Shown here: positions 46,278-63,554 of the stretch, piece by piece
Numbering within the stretch: position 1 is the first letter of the stretch
Layout: the number at the start of each line of letters is the position of its first letter
NCBI RefSeq assembly: GCF_009914755.1
Contig: NC_060932.1
Direction: 5' to 3' (one strand)
Origin: the human T2T-CHM13v2.0 reference genome, Homo sapiens
Length of the DNA: 64,000 nucleotides
Program-made: the position numbers and the translations under genes
Notes under the pieces: model-generated
Told to the model about the DNA's origin: nothing
Seen by the model: the letters and a program-made list of their open reading frames with translations, nothing else
The model's database searches: none

Positions 46278-46577
46278 GGCCAGGAGCGGTGGCTCATGCC
46301 TGTAATCCCAGCACTTTGGGAGGCCTAGGTGGGTGGATCGCCTAAGGTCAGGAGTTCGAGACCAGCCTGACCAACATGGTGAAACCCCATCTCTACTAAA
46401 AATACAAAAATTAGCTGGACATGGTGGCATGTGCCTGTAATCTCAGCTACTTGGGAGGCTGAGGCAGGAGAATCGCTTGAATCTGGGATGCAGAGGTTTC
46501 AGTGAGCCGAGATCATACATTGCACTCCAGCCTGGGCAATAAGAGCGAAACTCCATCTCAAAAAATAAATAAATAGA
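46278..46577 (+). mobile_element. AluSq/Sp-like SINE
   Basis: Full dimer; perfect 15-bp TSD AAAGAATGGAGTAGA at 46263-46277 and 46578-46592. Confidence 0.95.
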
Positions 46578-47864
46578 AAAGAATGGAGTAGATATTCATG
46601 TGTTAACATGGAACTAGCAAGATAGCCCATTTAATTTAAAAATCAAGGTATATAATAGTGTGTGTAGCTAGGGTCAAACAGGGATAGATAAATATACGTG
46701 CATGAAAATGTTCCGAAGAGGTAAATAAATAATTGAAAGGTTATGTCTGGGATGTGGGACTGCAGGTCTAGAGCAAAAGAAAGATTTGCTTTTTAACGAC
46801 CTTTTGTCCAGAATGAATATTTTTAAACTATGTGATATGTTCTTTTCATGATAAAAATAATAAAGGAAAACTAGGTTTGGTCTCAAATTTTAACTAGGCA
46901 AATTCTGCCTGTCTTTTTATAGGCAAAAATATAAAGTAAAAATAGAAAAATCTAGGCAGTAAATCATAGTGAACATACCTTTATTATATTATTATTTCCT
47001 TTTCATTGTCCCAAAGTCTAATTCTGTGGACTCAAAATAGGCAAAACAGAATGACTGAAACACACGATAGACCAAGGAAAAAATTTTGGTTCCTTCCCCA
47101 AATTCTTTTCATGGCCATTAGATTCCTCTTTTCCAGTTTGCAACATTGGAATCTAACATCGAATTAGAGATTGCTGATTTTGTATAAACAAAAATCCTTG
47201 CTGGCTATAATTTTCGTTTGTTTATTTTATTACTCAGTCAATCCTGAAATGGAACCTCAAATTATTATCCATTTGTTATTGATATAACTAAAAACAAATT
47301 TCAAACTAATAATTCTTGAAGACATTTTTAGTTATCACTAAATACACTCCTTAAGCGTCCCAAGAGTCATTGAATATTTTGAAATTGCATTTCCTAATTT
47401 AAAGCTGGAAGAAAGAATAACTGCATCAAATTATCTTCGTCTTTCCAACTATTTACCTGAAACTCTTATTTGAAACCTCATGTTGAATGAACTAGCATGG
47501 GCTTAGCTAATCCTACAAACAACTTTCTGTTCTTCTCTTCCTACATATACCCCCCAATCCTTCATATACCTTTTAACCATGTGATATTCTCCAAGTCTCA
47601 GAAATTAAAATAATCTATGGTCTCAATGAGTACCGGGCTTATATAAAATTTTACAAAATTCAATTCTTCTGGAATAGACAGGACAAAAATTCTAAAGCAC
47701 TTTTTCCTCTAAATCACCACCTTCCTGTGGCCCAGATAAATTCTAATTAAGAGTCAACAATATTCAAATCTCTAGCTACATTAATCCATTAAAAATCAGC
47801 ATCATAGATGTATTTATTTCTCAAAAGTGCTTGAACAATACACTTAATGTACTTTGTGCATTAT

Positions 47865-49630
47865 CTGAAAATAAAATCAAGAAAACAATTTCATTTAAAA
47901 AATTACTGATAAGGAACAAAATACCCAGGAGTAAATTCAACCAAGGAAGGTCAAGACTTGTATAATGAAAAATATAAAACACTGTTGCAAAAAATTAAAG
48001 AAGAGCTAAATACATGGAAAGACATTCCATGCTCATGAAATGGAAGATTAATATTGTTAAGATGGTAGTACCCCCCAAATTGATCTACACATTCAATGCA
48101 ATTCCTATCAAAATTTCAACAACATTTTTTTCTATAGAAATAGATAAGTTGTTCCTAAAATTCAAATGGAAATGCAAGGGACCTGGCATATTCAAAACAA
48201 TCTTGAAAAATAAGAACAAAGTTGGAAGACTCAGACTTCCTGATTTCAAAATTTATTACAAAGCCACAGTAATACAAAAAGGTGTTGTACTGGCAGAAAA
48301 ATAGACACGTAGATAAATGTAATATAACTGAGGATCCAAAAACACACCCACACATCTAGGTCGATTTTTTTTCAACAAAAGTGACAAGACCATTCAACAG
48401 GGAAACAATAGTCTTTTCAACAAATAGTTTTGGAACAATTGGATATCCTCATGCAAAAGAATAAATCTAGAACCCTACAACACATCAAGACCTAAGATTA
48501 ACTAAAAATGAATCAAAGACTTAAATGCAAGAGTAGAACTGTAAAACATACAGGGAGAGACACAGGATTACATCTTCATGACCATGAGTCAGCCAAAGAT
48601 TTCTTTAGATACAATACCAAAAATACAAGCAATAACAGAAAAAATAAATTGGACTTCATCAAAATTAAAAACTTTTGTGTTTTAAACTATCATAAAAGTA
48701 AAAAAGACAAGCTACAGAATACAGAAAATATTTGCACATCATTTCTCTGATAAGGACTTATAGCAAGACTGTGTAAAGAACTCTCACAACTCAGCTATAA
48801 AAATACAAATAATTCAATTTTAAAATGGGCAATGGGTTTGTGTAGCCATTTTTCTAAAGAAAATACACAAATGGTCACATGAAAAGATGGCCAATATCAT
48901 TAGTCACTAGGGAAATGAAAATCAAAACTGCAACGAGATACCTACCACTCCCTATATACCAGGATGACTAAATTTTTTTTTTCAAAAAAAGGCAAAAAAC
49001 AAGTGTTGGTGAGGAGGTGAATAAATTAGGCACCCTCATGTATTGCAGTGGGGGATGTGCAATGGTGCAAACACTGTGGTAAAAATTTTGGTCACTCCTG
49101 TAATATTTAAACACAGGGTTATTCTACCATATGGCTCAGCATGTCTACTCCTAGGTATACAGCCAAGAGAAATGAAAACACATTTTTACAACATTTACAC
49201 AAAGACTTGTAAAAGAATGTTCACAGCAGCATTATTCATAATAGCCAAATGCAAACATCTATCAGCTGATAAACAGAAAAATAAAACGTGGTACATTCAT
49301 ACAATGGAATATTATTCAGCCATAAAAAGGAGTGAAGTATGAATACATGCTGCTATAACATGGATGAACCTTGAAGACATTGGGTTAAGTCAAAGAAGCC
49401 AGACACAAAGGCCATAGATACACAAAGTAGATGAGTGGTTGCCAGGAGCTAGGACAAGAGAGGAATTAGGTAGGGGATACTTATTTTGGATGATGATAAT
49501 ATTCTAGAATTAGGTAGTGGTGATGGTTGCATACATTGTGAATATACTGAAAACTACTGAATTTTTCCATTAAAATAATAGGAAAAATAATTTGTGCATT
49601 TCACTTCTGTAAAATATACCTCAGTAAAGC
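47865..49630 (+). mobile_element. Old L1M (L1MB-like) 3' fragment
   Basis: Decayed ORF2 peptides (INIVKM...FNAIPIKI...[12 protein letters not shown]; WYIHTMEYYSAIKR) and L1MB-type 3'UTR (GTGGTTGCCAGG...GGTGATGGTTGCA...GTGAATATACT). Confidence 0.8.
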
Positions 49631-50409
49631 TAACACGAGGGAAATAATGGTCAGCAACAATTATTTTTAAGAGCGTGTAAAAGGCTGGTAAGGAGAAAAA
49701 ATAGGTAGAAAAAGATCAGCATCCAACTTTATAAACAGAGGTATCCACAGACATTGTTTGGTATAAATGTACCCATGCAAATCTATCACCGACTCTGCAG
49801 AGACAACACAATTAATCATAGTCCAATAGAGCCCATCTATACAAACAGAGAGGTAAAAAACAGAAAGGGAGTAGTATGTTCATGCTTTCTTTAACAGTCA
49901 CTTTAAGAAATGTTATCCTTGGAGAACTTATGGCTACCCCAAAAATCATGGGAGTAAACGAAATGAGCTTCATAAGGATTAAAGTCTTTCTTCAAAGACC
50001 TCTACCTGTGAACAGCCACTCAGCCAGAAATGGTGCTAGCAAGAGATACACTGCCTACATGCTGTGGACCTCAGCCACGTAAAGATCCTTCTCAAGTTAT
50101 TGTTCACTGATCTAGAGGAAATAGCTGCTGGGCCCTTAGCATGCTCACAATGGGGTCACAGGAGGCATGGGAGGCCTTCCATTGAAAGTCCACCTCTTCA
50201 TGAGTCAGAGTCCTACACAGAAGAAACACGAGAGTCCCACAATAAAGCACTTTATCATCAGATTGATCAAAAACCTGTACATGAGTGTGTTGCCATTTTT
50301 ATCCATCCATTCAACAAATATTTACTGAGCATCTACCATGCATCAGGTACTGCAGAGATACAAGAGAATACTTATTCTTGTGTAACATTCTTTGTGGGTA
50401 TCAAGAAGG

Positions 50410-51012
50410 CAAAATGACATGCTCCTCTGCTTACAACCCTGCAATGATGCACCACTTTTCTGCAAACAAAAGCCTTAACCAGGTCCTGTGAGGTGCTATG
50501 TGATAGGGACCTACTTTCCCACACCACACCCTTTACCTCTCTGACCTCACCTCCAACTTTCCTAACCCTTGCTTCCTTCACTACAGTCACTGGCCTCTTG
50601 ATTAGTCTACCAATGCACTCAGCATGCTCCCTCATTTGGGCCTTTGCACCAGCTGTTCCATGACATTGAGAAATTTTCCCTGGATTTGCTCATGGCTCAC
50701 TTTCTCTACTTCCTTCAAGATTTTGCTCAAATTGCACCTTCCCCACGAGGCCTGCCTACCCTGAACACCTTATTCAAATCACAACCCACTTGCCTCTAGC
50801 ATTTCCTAGTCTTCTTACTCTGCTCTAATTTTCTTTCTCTTTCCACATTCCATTTTAACATGCTATGTAATTTCCTTACTTATACTTTCTTTTATTGCCC
50901 ACCCCCCAGGCTGTAAGGCCATGGGGGAGGAATTTATTTTTTGTCTGTATTGCACACTACTGTCTCTCCAGCACCTACTACAGTACCTGCTGCATAAACA
51001 CTGTTGAATGAG
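50410..51012 (+). mobile_element. L2 3' fragment
   Basis: GGGCCTTTGCACCAGCTGTTCC...TTCCTTCAAGATTTTGCTCAAAT...CCAGCACCTACTACAGTACCTG...TGTTGAATGAG. Confidence 0.7.
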
Positions 51013-53166
51013 CAGAAACAGTAAAAATACCTTTAGAACACTTTCTTTATGAAAAAAAAAAAAAAAAAAGCCTCTCTGGACTGGATATTTGGGGATACCA
51101 TTTTAGAGCACCTGATATCACAGCTATAATTCTATATAGGGCCCAAGCAGCTACACTGGCCCCTGAGATGTGAAGGTGAAGACACCCTATCACTCAACAG
51201 TGGATAGGGTTTCCTAAGATACCTGAACACCACTCAACTGTGCTTCCCATCCCTGCTCGTCCCATTAATACCTGTCAGTGAGCTATGTGGGTGGACAAAA
51301 ATTATTTATATATAAAATGTTTATTATGTAATGGTCTGCCTTTTCCACAAGCAGTCCAAAGGAGATTGGAAACAATGAGCTGGAAGAGAGATCTATTTAC
51401 TCTAGTTCCTAAATCTTCTCTGATCTTCATAATCCCTGGTATCTCAAGTGATACATGTGGTCACTTAAATTTTTTATTTCCTCATCTTGTTCTAATTTCT
51501 TTCACTCCTCAAAAAAAATAAAGAAGAAGAAAGAAAAAAATCCCTGGTGCTTTACTCCTAAAGTTTATCCATAACGTATTGTTACAGTTTCCTTGATTTT
51601 ATTTGTAATTCTTGTCTAATCTTGTACATTCACAGGCTAAGAAAACTCAAGACCATTTAATCATTACAGCTCTAATCAACAGAAAAGACTTCATTATTAA
51701 AATGTTCATTTCGAAATGTGTGAAAATTGTAAATGGGGATGATGTGATGTGTATATGACATGAGATTACCGGGGTACAAAATGGGGCCCAGGGAAGCACC
51801 TTTGTTTGCCTTTATACAACAGTACAAAAGTAATCACTTGGCTGAAAGCAGATGCTGTTTTCTATCCTCATCACTGGTTAAATCACTTGTACACACGCAT
51901 TGTCTTAAAGCATTTCAACAAAATTCCACTGATTGGTCTGCAAAACTGAGAGATTAAGATCCACCCCGGAACAATTTATTTACCTTCTAAAGTGAAAAAA
52001 AAAATGCTGGCACCTTCAGCTGAATAGAAAAAAATCCCATGAATTCCTTTCCTCTTTTCAAAACCTGAGCCTAATTTCTCAGCACTATGGATTCAAAATA
52101 ATACATGTTAATGGATTTAGCACCAAAGAATCGAAACATTATATCTGCATGAAAAAAAAACAGTAGAAGAGATAGTTTACGTTTCCATTTTAAATAGATA
52201 TTTAAGCAAAATAACCTGTTTAGAATATTCTAAAACAAATATCAATTATTTATATCTATGCCTTGCAAGTTAAACAATTTTGCTTTATGTGTATATTAAC
52301 TTTAAAAGGTCTTAAAAATTCCTTTGAGGTGAAAATGGCTTTTTTCCGTGGTCAATAAAATTAGAATTTTTTTTTCTGGTAAATGAATTTTCAAAAGCAA
52401 ATGTCAAAACTCAACTTAGAAAAATTCCAGTAGCTCTAATTCTATTATTAAAACTAATTTAAAATAAATTTTAGGTAGCAAGTTGTATACATATTAGAAT
52501 ATTTCAAGGCATTAAGCATATATTTTAAGTGAACGAATATAGAAAATTATGCACAAATAAAGAAAACACACAGATTTTACTCCATTGCTTTAGAAAAGTT
52601 AAAAAAAGTTTACTAGAATTTACAAAGTAGTAACATAATAAAGTTGGACATTAAATATTTTTAGTTTAAACTCTAAGTATATGAGAAAGCACCTTACAAA
52701 ATATTTATTTGTATTTGCATGAGTAGCATTTTTTATTTATAAAAATAGCAAGCACATGCTAGCCAAGGCTGCCGTCAATTTTAAGATGAGAGTCATTGAA
52801 TGATCAGAAAAGTATTAATTATACCATCTTCCACACTGAACTGAGAATAATGATCAATTCTAAGCTGTTACATTGACTGCAAGAACTTATTTTTTGATAT
52901 TTTTTCAAGACGAATCCACTTAATTCTGAAAAAGAAAAATGTTTTTTTCTGAGTGCCTACTGCACGCCGGGACTATGCAAGATGCTGAATATGGGTATGA
53001 AAACAAACGAGATTGCTTTTGCTTTGTGGTATTGATACTTAACTGGGCCAATTTCCTTTACATGATGAGCTTAATATGCAGCTGTAAAGCAAGTTAATCA
53101 ACAAGAGTTCTCTGTTATATTCTATCCCCTACTTTTCCCGTAGAGCTGTATAATCCTGCAAATGGC

Positions 53167-53300
53167 CAGCAGCAGCAGCAACAGCAGCAGTTGCTATATG
53201 GGAAATTGAAGCCAGGGCAATCACAGCAGGAATTTAACTTCTGATGGAGAAAAAGGAAGGAGGAGCAGGAGGAGGAGGAGGAGGAGAGGAGGGGCAAGAG
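53167..53300. repeat. (CAG)4CAA(CAG)3 and nearby (GGA)n low-complexity tracts
   Basis: CAGCAGCAGCAGCAACAGCAGCAG at 53167-53190; GGA run at about 53255-53290. Confidence 0.85.
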
Positions 53301-53434
53301 GAGAAACAAAATATTTTAGTGGTTGATTTATTCTGATGCCCATCAGAAAGCAAGTTGAATCAAACAAAGTAGCTTCCATTCTGTAACTTTTCTGTTTAAG
53401 AAGAAAGAGGAAGACCACAGTCTCTTTATCAGGA

Positions 53435-54405
53435 CACATAAAAAGCACTATTGATTAAGGAAAATATTAAAAAGTTAGCCTTCATTAAAATTTAGAATTT
53501 CTATTTGTCAAAAAACGCCATTAAGAAAGTGAAAAAGCAAGTTACAGATGAGGAGAAGGTATTCACAAGACATATATCTAACATAGGACTTATATGCAGG
53601 ATATAAAAAGAACACCTACAAATCAAAAACAAAAAGACAATCCAATATAAAAAATGAGCATATGATCTGAACAGGAACTTCCACAAAAGGCTATTCAAAT
53701 GGCTAAAAAGCATACGAAAAGGTGTTCAATGTCATTATTCACCGGGAAAATGCAAATTAAACCACAACAACATACCACTGTTCATCTACTAGGATAGTTA
53801 AAGTTAAAGAACTAGTATCAAGTGTTGTTGAGGACGTAGAGTAACTTGAGTGCTCACACATTGCTGGTAGGAGTTCAAACTGGTTCAACCACATTGAAAA
53901 GCTGTTTGGACTCTTTTCTGAAGTTAGACCTATGTTTATCCTAAAACCCAGCAATTCCACTTCTAGGTATATACCCAAGAGAAATGAATGCATGTGTTCA
54001 CCAAATGACATTTACAAGTATGTTCATGGTAACATAATTCATAAAAGTCAAAAAATGAAATCATCAAATGTTCAGCAACAGTAAAGAAATTGTGGCATAT
54101 TCATATAATGGAATACTACACAGCAATGAAAAGAATGAACTACTGACATACACGATAACATAGACAAAACTCACAGGCCCAAAGTTGAGCAAACAATAGA
54201 TGCCAGACACAAAAGAACATATACTATAGGATTCCTATTTACATGAAATCAAAAGTAAAACACAAAACAAATCTATTGGTCAGAGTAGAGGTTACCTTTG
54301 TGGGTATCAGCTGAAAGAGAGGGGGTACAATGGAGGTAGTGTAAATGCTGTATTCCTTCTTCTTCCTGGTGGTGGTTACAGGGGTGTCTACATAAACAAA
54401 AATGT
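53435..54405 (+). mobile_element. Old L1M (L1MC/ME-like) 3' fragment
   Basis: AAATGCAAATTAAACCACAA, CCCAGCAATTCCACTTCTAGGTATATACCCAAGAGAAATGAA, ATGGAATACTACACAGCAATGAAAA. Confidence 0.75.
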
Positions 54406-54419
54406 ATGCTCCTACCATG

Positions 54420-54780
54420 ACTGCACCTCTGAATTGGTCACCTGATTCTCTGAAGTCAATAATCCAGATCATGACAGACCCCTGCTCAAGCCCATGAGTG
54501 GCTCCCATTTCACTTGGGGTACAAGTCAAACTCTTTTAATGGCCCACAATAACCAGATTTGGCCACTCCAACCCTTCTAATTTATTTTGCTCCTTGCTGC
54601 TGCTAAAACATTCCTTGAATATTGCTGTCCCAGGGCCTCTGCCCTGGCTGTTGCCTCTGCCTGGAATGTTCTTCCTCGAGATAGCCACCAACCTCCCTCT
54701 CTCAGCTCCTCAAGACTGTGTTTAAATGTCATCTTCTCACCAAGCTCTATCTGAGCTCATCCTGTTTAACACTGCAAAGC
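54420..54780 (+). mobile_element. L2 fragment
   Basis: CCCTGCTCAAGCCC...GTGGCTCCCATTTCACTTGGGGTACAAGTCAAACTC...CAGGGCCTCTGCCCTGGCTGTTGCCTCTGCCTGGAATGTTCTTCC. Confidence 0.7.
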
Positions 54781-55092
54781 CCTCACTTTAGTATGTGCAT
54801 GTGTACCTGTGTGTGTGTTTGATTGAAACCAATCACAATCAGGTTTGCCACACTGAAGAAATAAACTGAGCTTCAGTGTATTATCAAAAGAGAGAAAAAC
54901 ACACTTTAAAAAAGTTTAACAATTTTTTAACATGCAAAACTAGCTCACATTCTTTCTCCTTTAGTCTTCAGTAAATATTTAGAATATACAAAAAAAAAAA
55001 CACCACATTTTTTATGTGGCCTCTGGGGAAGCTGGAAAAAAACATCAGGATGTGGGAAGAATATGACAATCTGCCTAATAGCGTCAATGGTA

Positions 55093-55122
55093 TGTGTGTG
55101 TGTGCGTGTGTGTGTGTGTGTG
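55093..55122. repeat. (TG)n microsatellite
   Basis: TG repeat with one CG interruption. Confidence 0.95.
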
Positions 55123-58100
55123 TTGGGTATGCAAACATACAGAATAGAAGGCAAGAATTGAAAGCAGTGATGCAATGTGTAAAAATGAGCCCATAAGGAA
55201 AGTTAGCAAGAGCTTTTCCTTCATTTTGACCCCAAATAGTATGGAAACTTTTCCTTCCGGCTGAGGAAATGAGTTTGACTAAATAAGAGTAAGGTACGAA
55301 ATTGGAGGTGGGAAACAAAGGGTCAATCAGAAGTAAAATGAGAGGGTAAATTGTTTTCTTCTGTCATGGGAGAAAGTTTAGCAAAAAAAGAGAAGAGCAT
55401 CTCAGCTGCGGTGTTCTTGTATTTCTGGGACTTCTCAGGGGCTTTCACAGACCTGCACAAGCAGCTACTGAATTACACTCAGGCCACAGGAGCCAGGGGC
55501 TGGTTGACCTCACTGGTCCAGGAAGGTAATATAGCAGGATAGCCCTCCTTTGTACAACTGGATTACCCACAGTCACCTGTGCCCATCCCTGCAGGGGAAA
55601 GGGAAAAAACTGATGCTTGTGTCAGGGGGGTTTTAAGAGATGAAAGTGTGGAAAGACCTTATTTTAGAATAAGCATAGTCTGTGTAAAAGCATAAACAAG
55701 AGAAGCAGAACATTGGGTTCACAAAAGTAAAAAGACCAGGTTTACTGAAATGTGTACCATTACAGAAGCCTGAGGGTAAATTAGTCAATGAAAGGGAAAG
55801 TATACACAAATTCTAAAGTGGCAGGCAAAGGTTAGGTATTTCTCTTGTAACCCACCTCAAAGTGTTGGTCAATGGGCTGGCTGTAATGGCTTGGTTATGC
55901 CATTGGTAATAACTTTGCCCTCAGTCTAATGCTATAGTGAGGAATTCCCCTACCTAGGTATTCAGGTTGAAACCTCTTGAGGGTCATTCCTATGTTGCTG
56001 TTTGGGGTGATGCACACACAAGAAGGATACACTGACTTCCCTACCCCTGGCTGAGCCCTCACATTTTCATTTTGCACTGGGTCCTGCAAATTAGATTGCT
56101 GGCCATGTACAACGGGTTGAGGTGTGCTGGGAAATCCTCTCCTAATGAAAAGGTCAGTTACTGCACCTTGTACTTCCTGTCCCAGGGAGCTATTCCACTT
56201 CCCACTACCTGTGACCATGCTGCCGCTCCCCATCATGCTGTCTTACCACCCTCCTTCCATCTGGCAGCTGAGAGCATGGGCCTTGGCTCCAGACTGGCCT
56301 GTCCCGGGGGACCTGGAGGGTAGGGAACAGCTGCTGTTGGGAGCCACGCCTGTGAAATTCTTCACAAGCCTCATGTAAGCCATAAGCAAAGCTCTGTGCC
56401 TCTAGCAGCCTTCAACTGCATTGCCAACCACCCTAAACAGCCTCATGGTTATTCATAAGCAGGACTAGAGTCCAAGGACAAAAACTCTAGGAGGATCTGA
56501 CTGACTAATGGATGCGTATTTCATTTTCAAACTGCTTATTGGTATATGTTAAAGTTTGTGATTTATTGTTGTGAATAAAAGTAGATAGGAAAATGCTTTT
56601 CAAATTCAAACTAAGTAACATTAGATAAAGTGTCATGATCAGATGTTTTCCTTTGACCAAAGATTCATGTATTTTTTTAAACAATCAAACATTTCATATT
56701 GAGGACAACTTGTAATTTTTCATATATATAACTAAAACCAATTTTTCTTTCATATTTTGAGACATATGTCCTTTCACTGAAAAAAATAAATCTACATAAA
56801 TACAAATAATGTGTTCCTTCTCAAAGTTAGGGGGACATAAAAACTGACAAGGAGGCAATGGAGAAGAATCATAAACTAATAAATCTCCAGTCCCATATCC
56901 TCTTCATTTTCTCATTCCTCTAAATCATGTAAAAAGAACGGTTAGGCAAGAAGAGAACAGATTTTACAAGAATAAAAGTACAAGTCAACGGAAGAGTAAA
57001 CCATTTAAAAAAAAAAGAGTTTACTAGTTTGGGGAGCTACCATCCCAAATTCTTACTTACCTCTGGATGGAATATGGCTTTGTTTTTCTTTATATTGTAT
57101 TTTTTTTAAGTATTGGGTATTAAATGAAAACCTGCAAGGTTATTCTCTTAATCCAATGTAAGTGACTAACTCTGCAGATGAGTTAATAAGTAAAATAAGG
57201 GCTGAAATGTTTCCAAAAGATTTGACATCCAAGTCAGGGATTTTTCACTGAGGTCCAAGTCATTCTAAAGGCTCCATGGATGGCATTTTTTATGAGTTTT
57301 TATGAGTGTCTTGAAACAATAAAAAAAAGTTATGTTTGATGTGTCCTTTAACGAGAGAAGAGTTGATAGCTTTTGCCAAATGCAAAGGGACCTGTGAAGT
57401 CACTGCCCCTACCAACCATTAGGATCTCAGAAATAGAGTTTAATTAGCACCAACAGTTCTGGCGGAATCTTCATAGTGAGTATCGGGTTGCATGGTTTGA
57501 AGGGTGCGGCAGAATCATCCCTGCAAGTATTGAATTCCTGCTGTGGTGAAGACTTGGTACTAGGCATAGCACTATCAGACTAGTATTGAGACAACCTGCC
57601 TGACTTGGGGATATTCCCACTACAACTCTCCTGGTGGCAAAGCACTATGCAACCACTGTGTTTTTCCTCCTTATGGTGCAACAGTGATTGCTGCAAGGAA
57701 TTTTCCCTTGGGTTGGCGCCTCTGATCACCTCAACAATCCTGGGAGGCACACAGAAGAGGTATAATCGACTCTACTGGAAAGAGAAGAAACTGAGGTGTT
57801 AGGAGAAAGCATTCGTTTCCCCTCATGCTCCTACAACAGTCTTCAGATTAGGAAGCTTCTGCTTCTCTCTCCAAGGAGAACAGCATTAGAAAAGAACCTG
57901 GGGGTCCTTTTTCTCCTGCCCAGTCGTGCCTCCTCTTGGGAGAAGCAGTGGCATATCTATACCTGCCAGGTGGGTAGGGAGAAGCTGGCTATGTGAGTTT
58001 CTCCCTGGGGATCCTCCGAATCCAGAGAAAAAAGACCTGGATCCTATTCGGTTCCCACCCTCCTCTGTGTAAGCAGCAGGTCAAGGCCCAGAGCCAAGAC

Positions 58101-58650
58101 CTGACAGCAGGGGCAGATCAGGAGTTCAGCTTGCTTTCTCTTTCTGCTCCCAGTGGATGCAAGGGTGAGGTTCTAAGAAAGCACGTCTGCCCTGCAGACC
58201 CAAACTCTCCCACCAGGGAGTTGTCTCAGGGTCATGCTGAAAGAAACAAAGGAAGAGAATGAATATTAGAGATCCCAGCTCTGGTAGGTTGCCTCAGTTT
58301 CTAAGTCTGCCTTATTGGTAACAGAAGTGCTATTTTCATCTCCATTTGTGTGACTTGTGCGTCACTTCTCAGGTGGTTCCAAATTCAAGAGTGAGGAACA
58401 AGGTAAGACTAATTATTCTCTCTTAAATTTCTTTTTTTTTTTTTTATTATACTCTAAGTTTTAGGGTACATGTGCACATTGTGCAGGTTAGTTACATATG
58501 TATACATGTGCCATGCTGGTGCGCTGCACCCACTAATGTGTCATCTAGCATTAGGTATATCTCCCAATGCTATCCCTCCCCCCTCCCCCGACCCCACCAC
58601 AGTCCCCAGAGTGTGATATTCCCCTTCCTGTGTCCATGTGATCTCATTGT

Positions 58651-62498
<3,848 letters not shown>

Positions 62499-62537
62499 TC
62501 ATTAGTTGATGCAGTTTCTTCCTAGTCTCGATGGTCT

Positions 62538-63554
62538 TTACATTTTGGCATGATTTTGCAGCGGCTGGTACCGGTTGTTCCTTTCCATGTTTAGCGCTTC
62601 CTTCAGGAGCTCTTTTAGGGCAGGCCTGGTGGTGACAAAATCTCTCAACATTTGCTTGTCTATAAAGTATTTTATTTCTCCTTCACTTATGAAGCTTAGT
62701 TTGGCTGGATATGAAATTCTGGGTTGAAAATTCTTTTCTTTAAGAATGTTGAATATTGGCCCCCACTCTCTTCTGGCTTGTAGGGTTTCTGCCGAGAGAT
62801 CCGCTGTTAGTCTGATGGGCTTTCCTTTGAGGGTAACCCGACCTTTCTCTCTGGCTGCCCTTAACATTTTTTCCTTCATTTCAACTTTGGTGAATCTGAC
62901 AATTATGTGTCTTGGAGTTGCTCTTCTCGAGGAGTATCTTTGTGGCGTTCTCTGTATTTCCTGAATCTGAACGTTGGCCTGCCTTGCTAGATTGGGGAAG
63001 TTCTCCTGGATAATATCCTGCAGAGTGTTTTCCAACTTGGTTCCATTCTCCACATCACTTTCAGGTACACCAATCAGACGTAGATTTGGTCTTTTCACAT
63101 AGTCCCATATTTCTTGGAGGCTTTGCTCAGTTCTTTTTATTCTTTTTTCTCTAAACTTCCCTTCTCGCTTCATTTCATTCATTTCATCTTCCATTGCTGA
63201 TACCCTTTCTTCCAGTTGATCGCATCGGCTCCTGAGGCTTCTGCATTCTTCACGTAGTTCTCGAGCCTTGGTTTTCAGCTCCATCAGCTCCTTTAAGCAC
63301 TTCTCTGTATTGGTTATTCTAGTTATACATTCTTCTAAATTTTTTTCAAAGTTTTCAACTTCTTTGCCTTTGGTTTGAATGTCCTCCCGTAGCTCAGAGT
63401 AATTTGATCGTCTGAAGCCTTCTTCTCTCAGCTCGTCAAAATCATTCTCCATCCAGCTTTGTTCTGTTGCTGGTGAGGAACTGCGTTCCTTTGGAGGAGG
63501 AGAGGCGCTCTGCGTTTTAGAGTTTCCAGTTTTTCTGTTCTGTTTTTTCCCCAT
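62538..63554 (-). CDS. LINE-1 ORF1p (338 aa; coiled coil, RRM, CTD), open, with N142T
   Basis: ORF track gives MGKKQNRKTGNSKTQSASPPPKERSSS...QPLQNHAKM, the canonical length; REKG, ARR and YPAKLS motifs are present. Confidence 0.97.
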   Translation of the reverse strand: MGKKQNRKTGNSKTQSASPPPKERSSSPATEQSWMENDFDELREEGFRRSNYSELREDIQTKGKEVENFEKNLEECITRITNTEKCLKELMELKTKARELREECRSLRSRCDQLEERVSAMEDEMNEMKREGKFREKRIKRTEQSLQEIWDYVKRPNLRLIGVPESDVENGTKLENTLQDIIQENFPNLARQANVQIQEIQRTPQRYSSRRATPRHIIVRFTKVEMKEKMLRAAREKGRVTLKGKPIRLTADLSAETLQARREWGPIFNILKEKNFQPRISYPAKLSFISEGEIKYFIDKQMLRDFVTTRPALKELLKEALNMERNNRYQPLQNHAKM

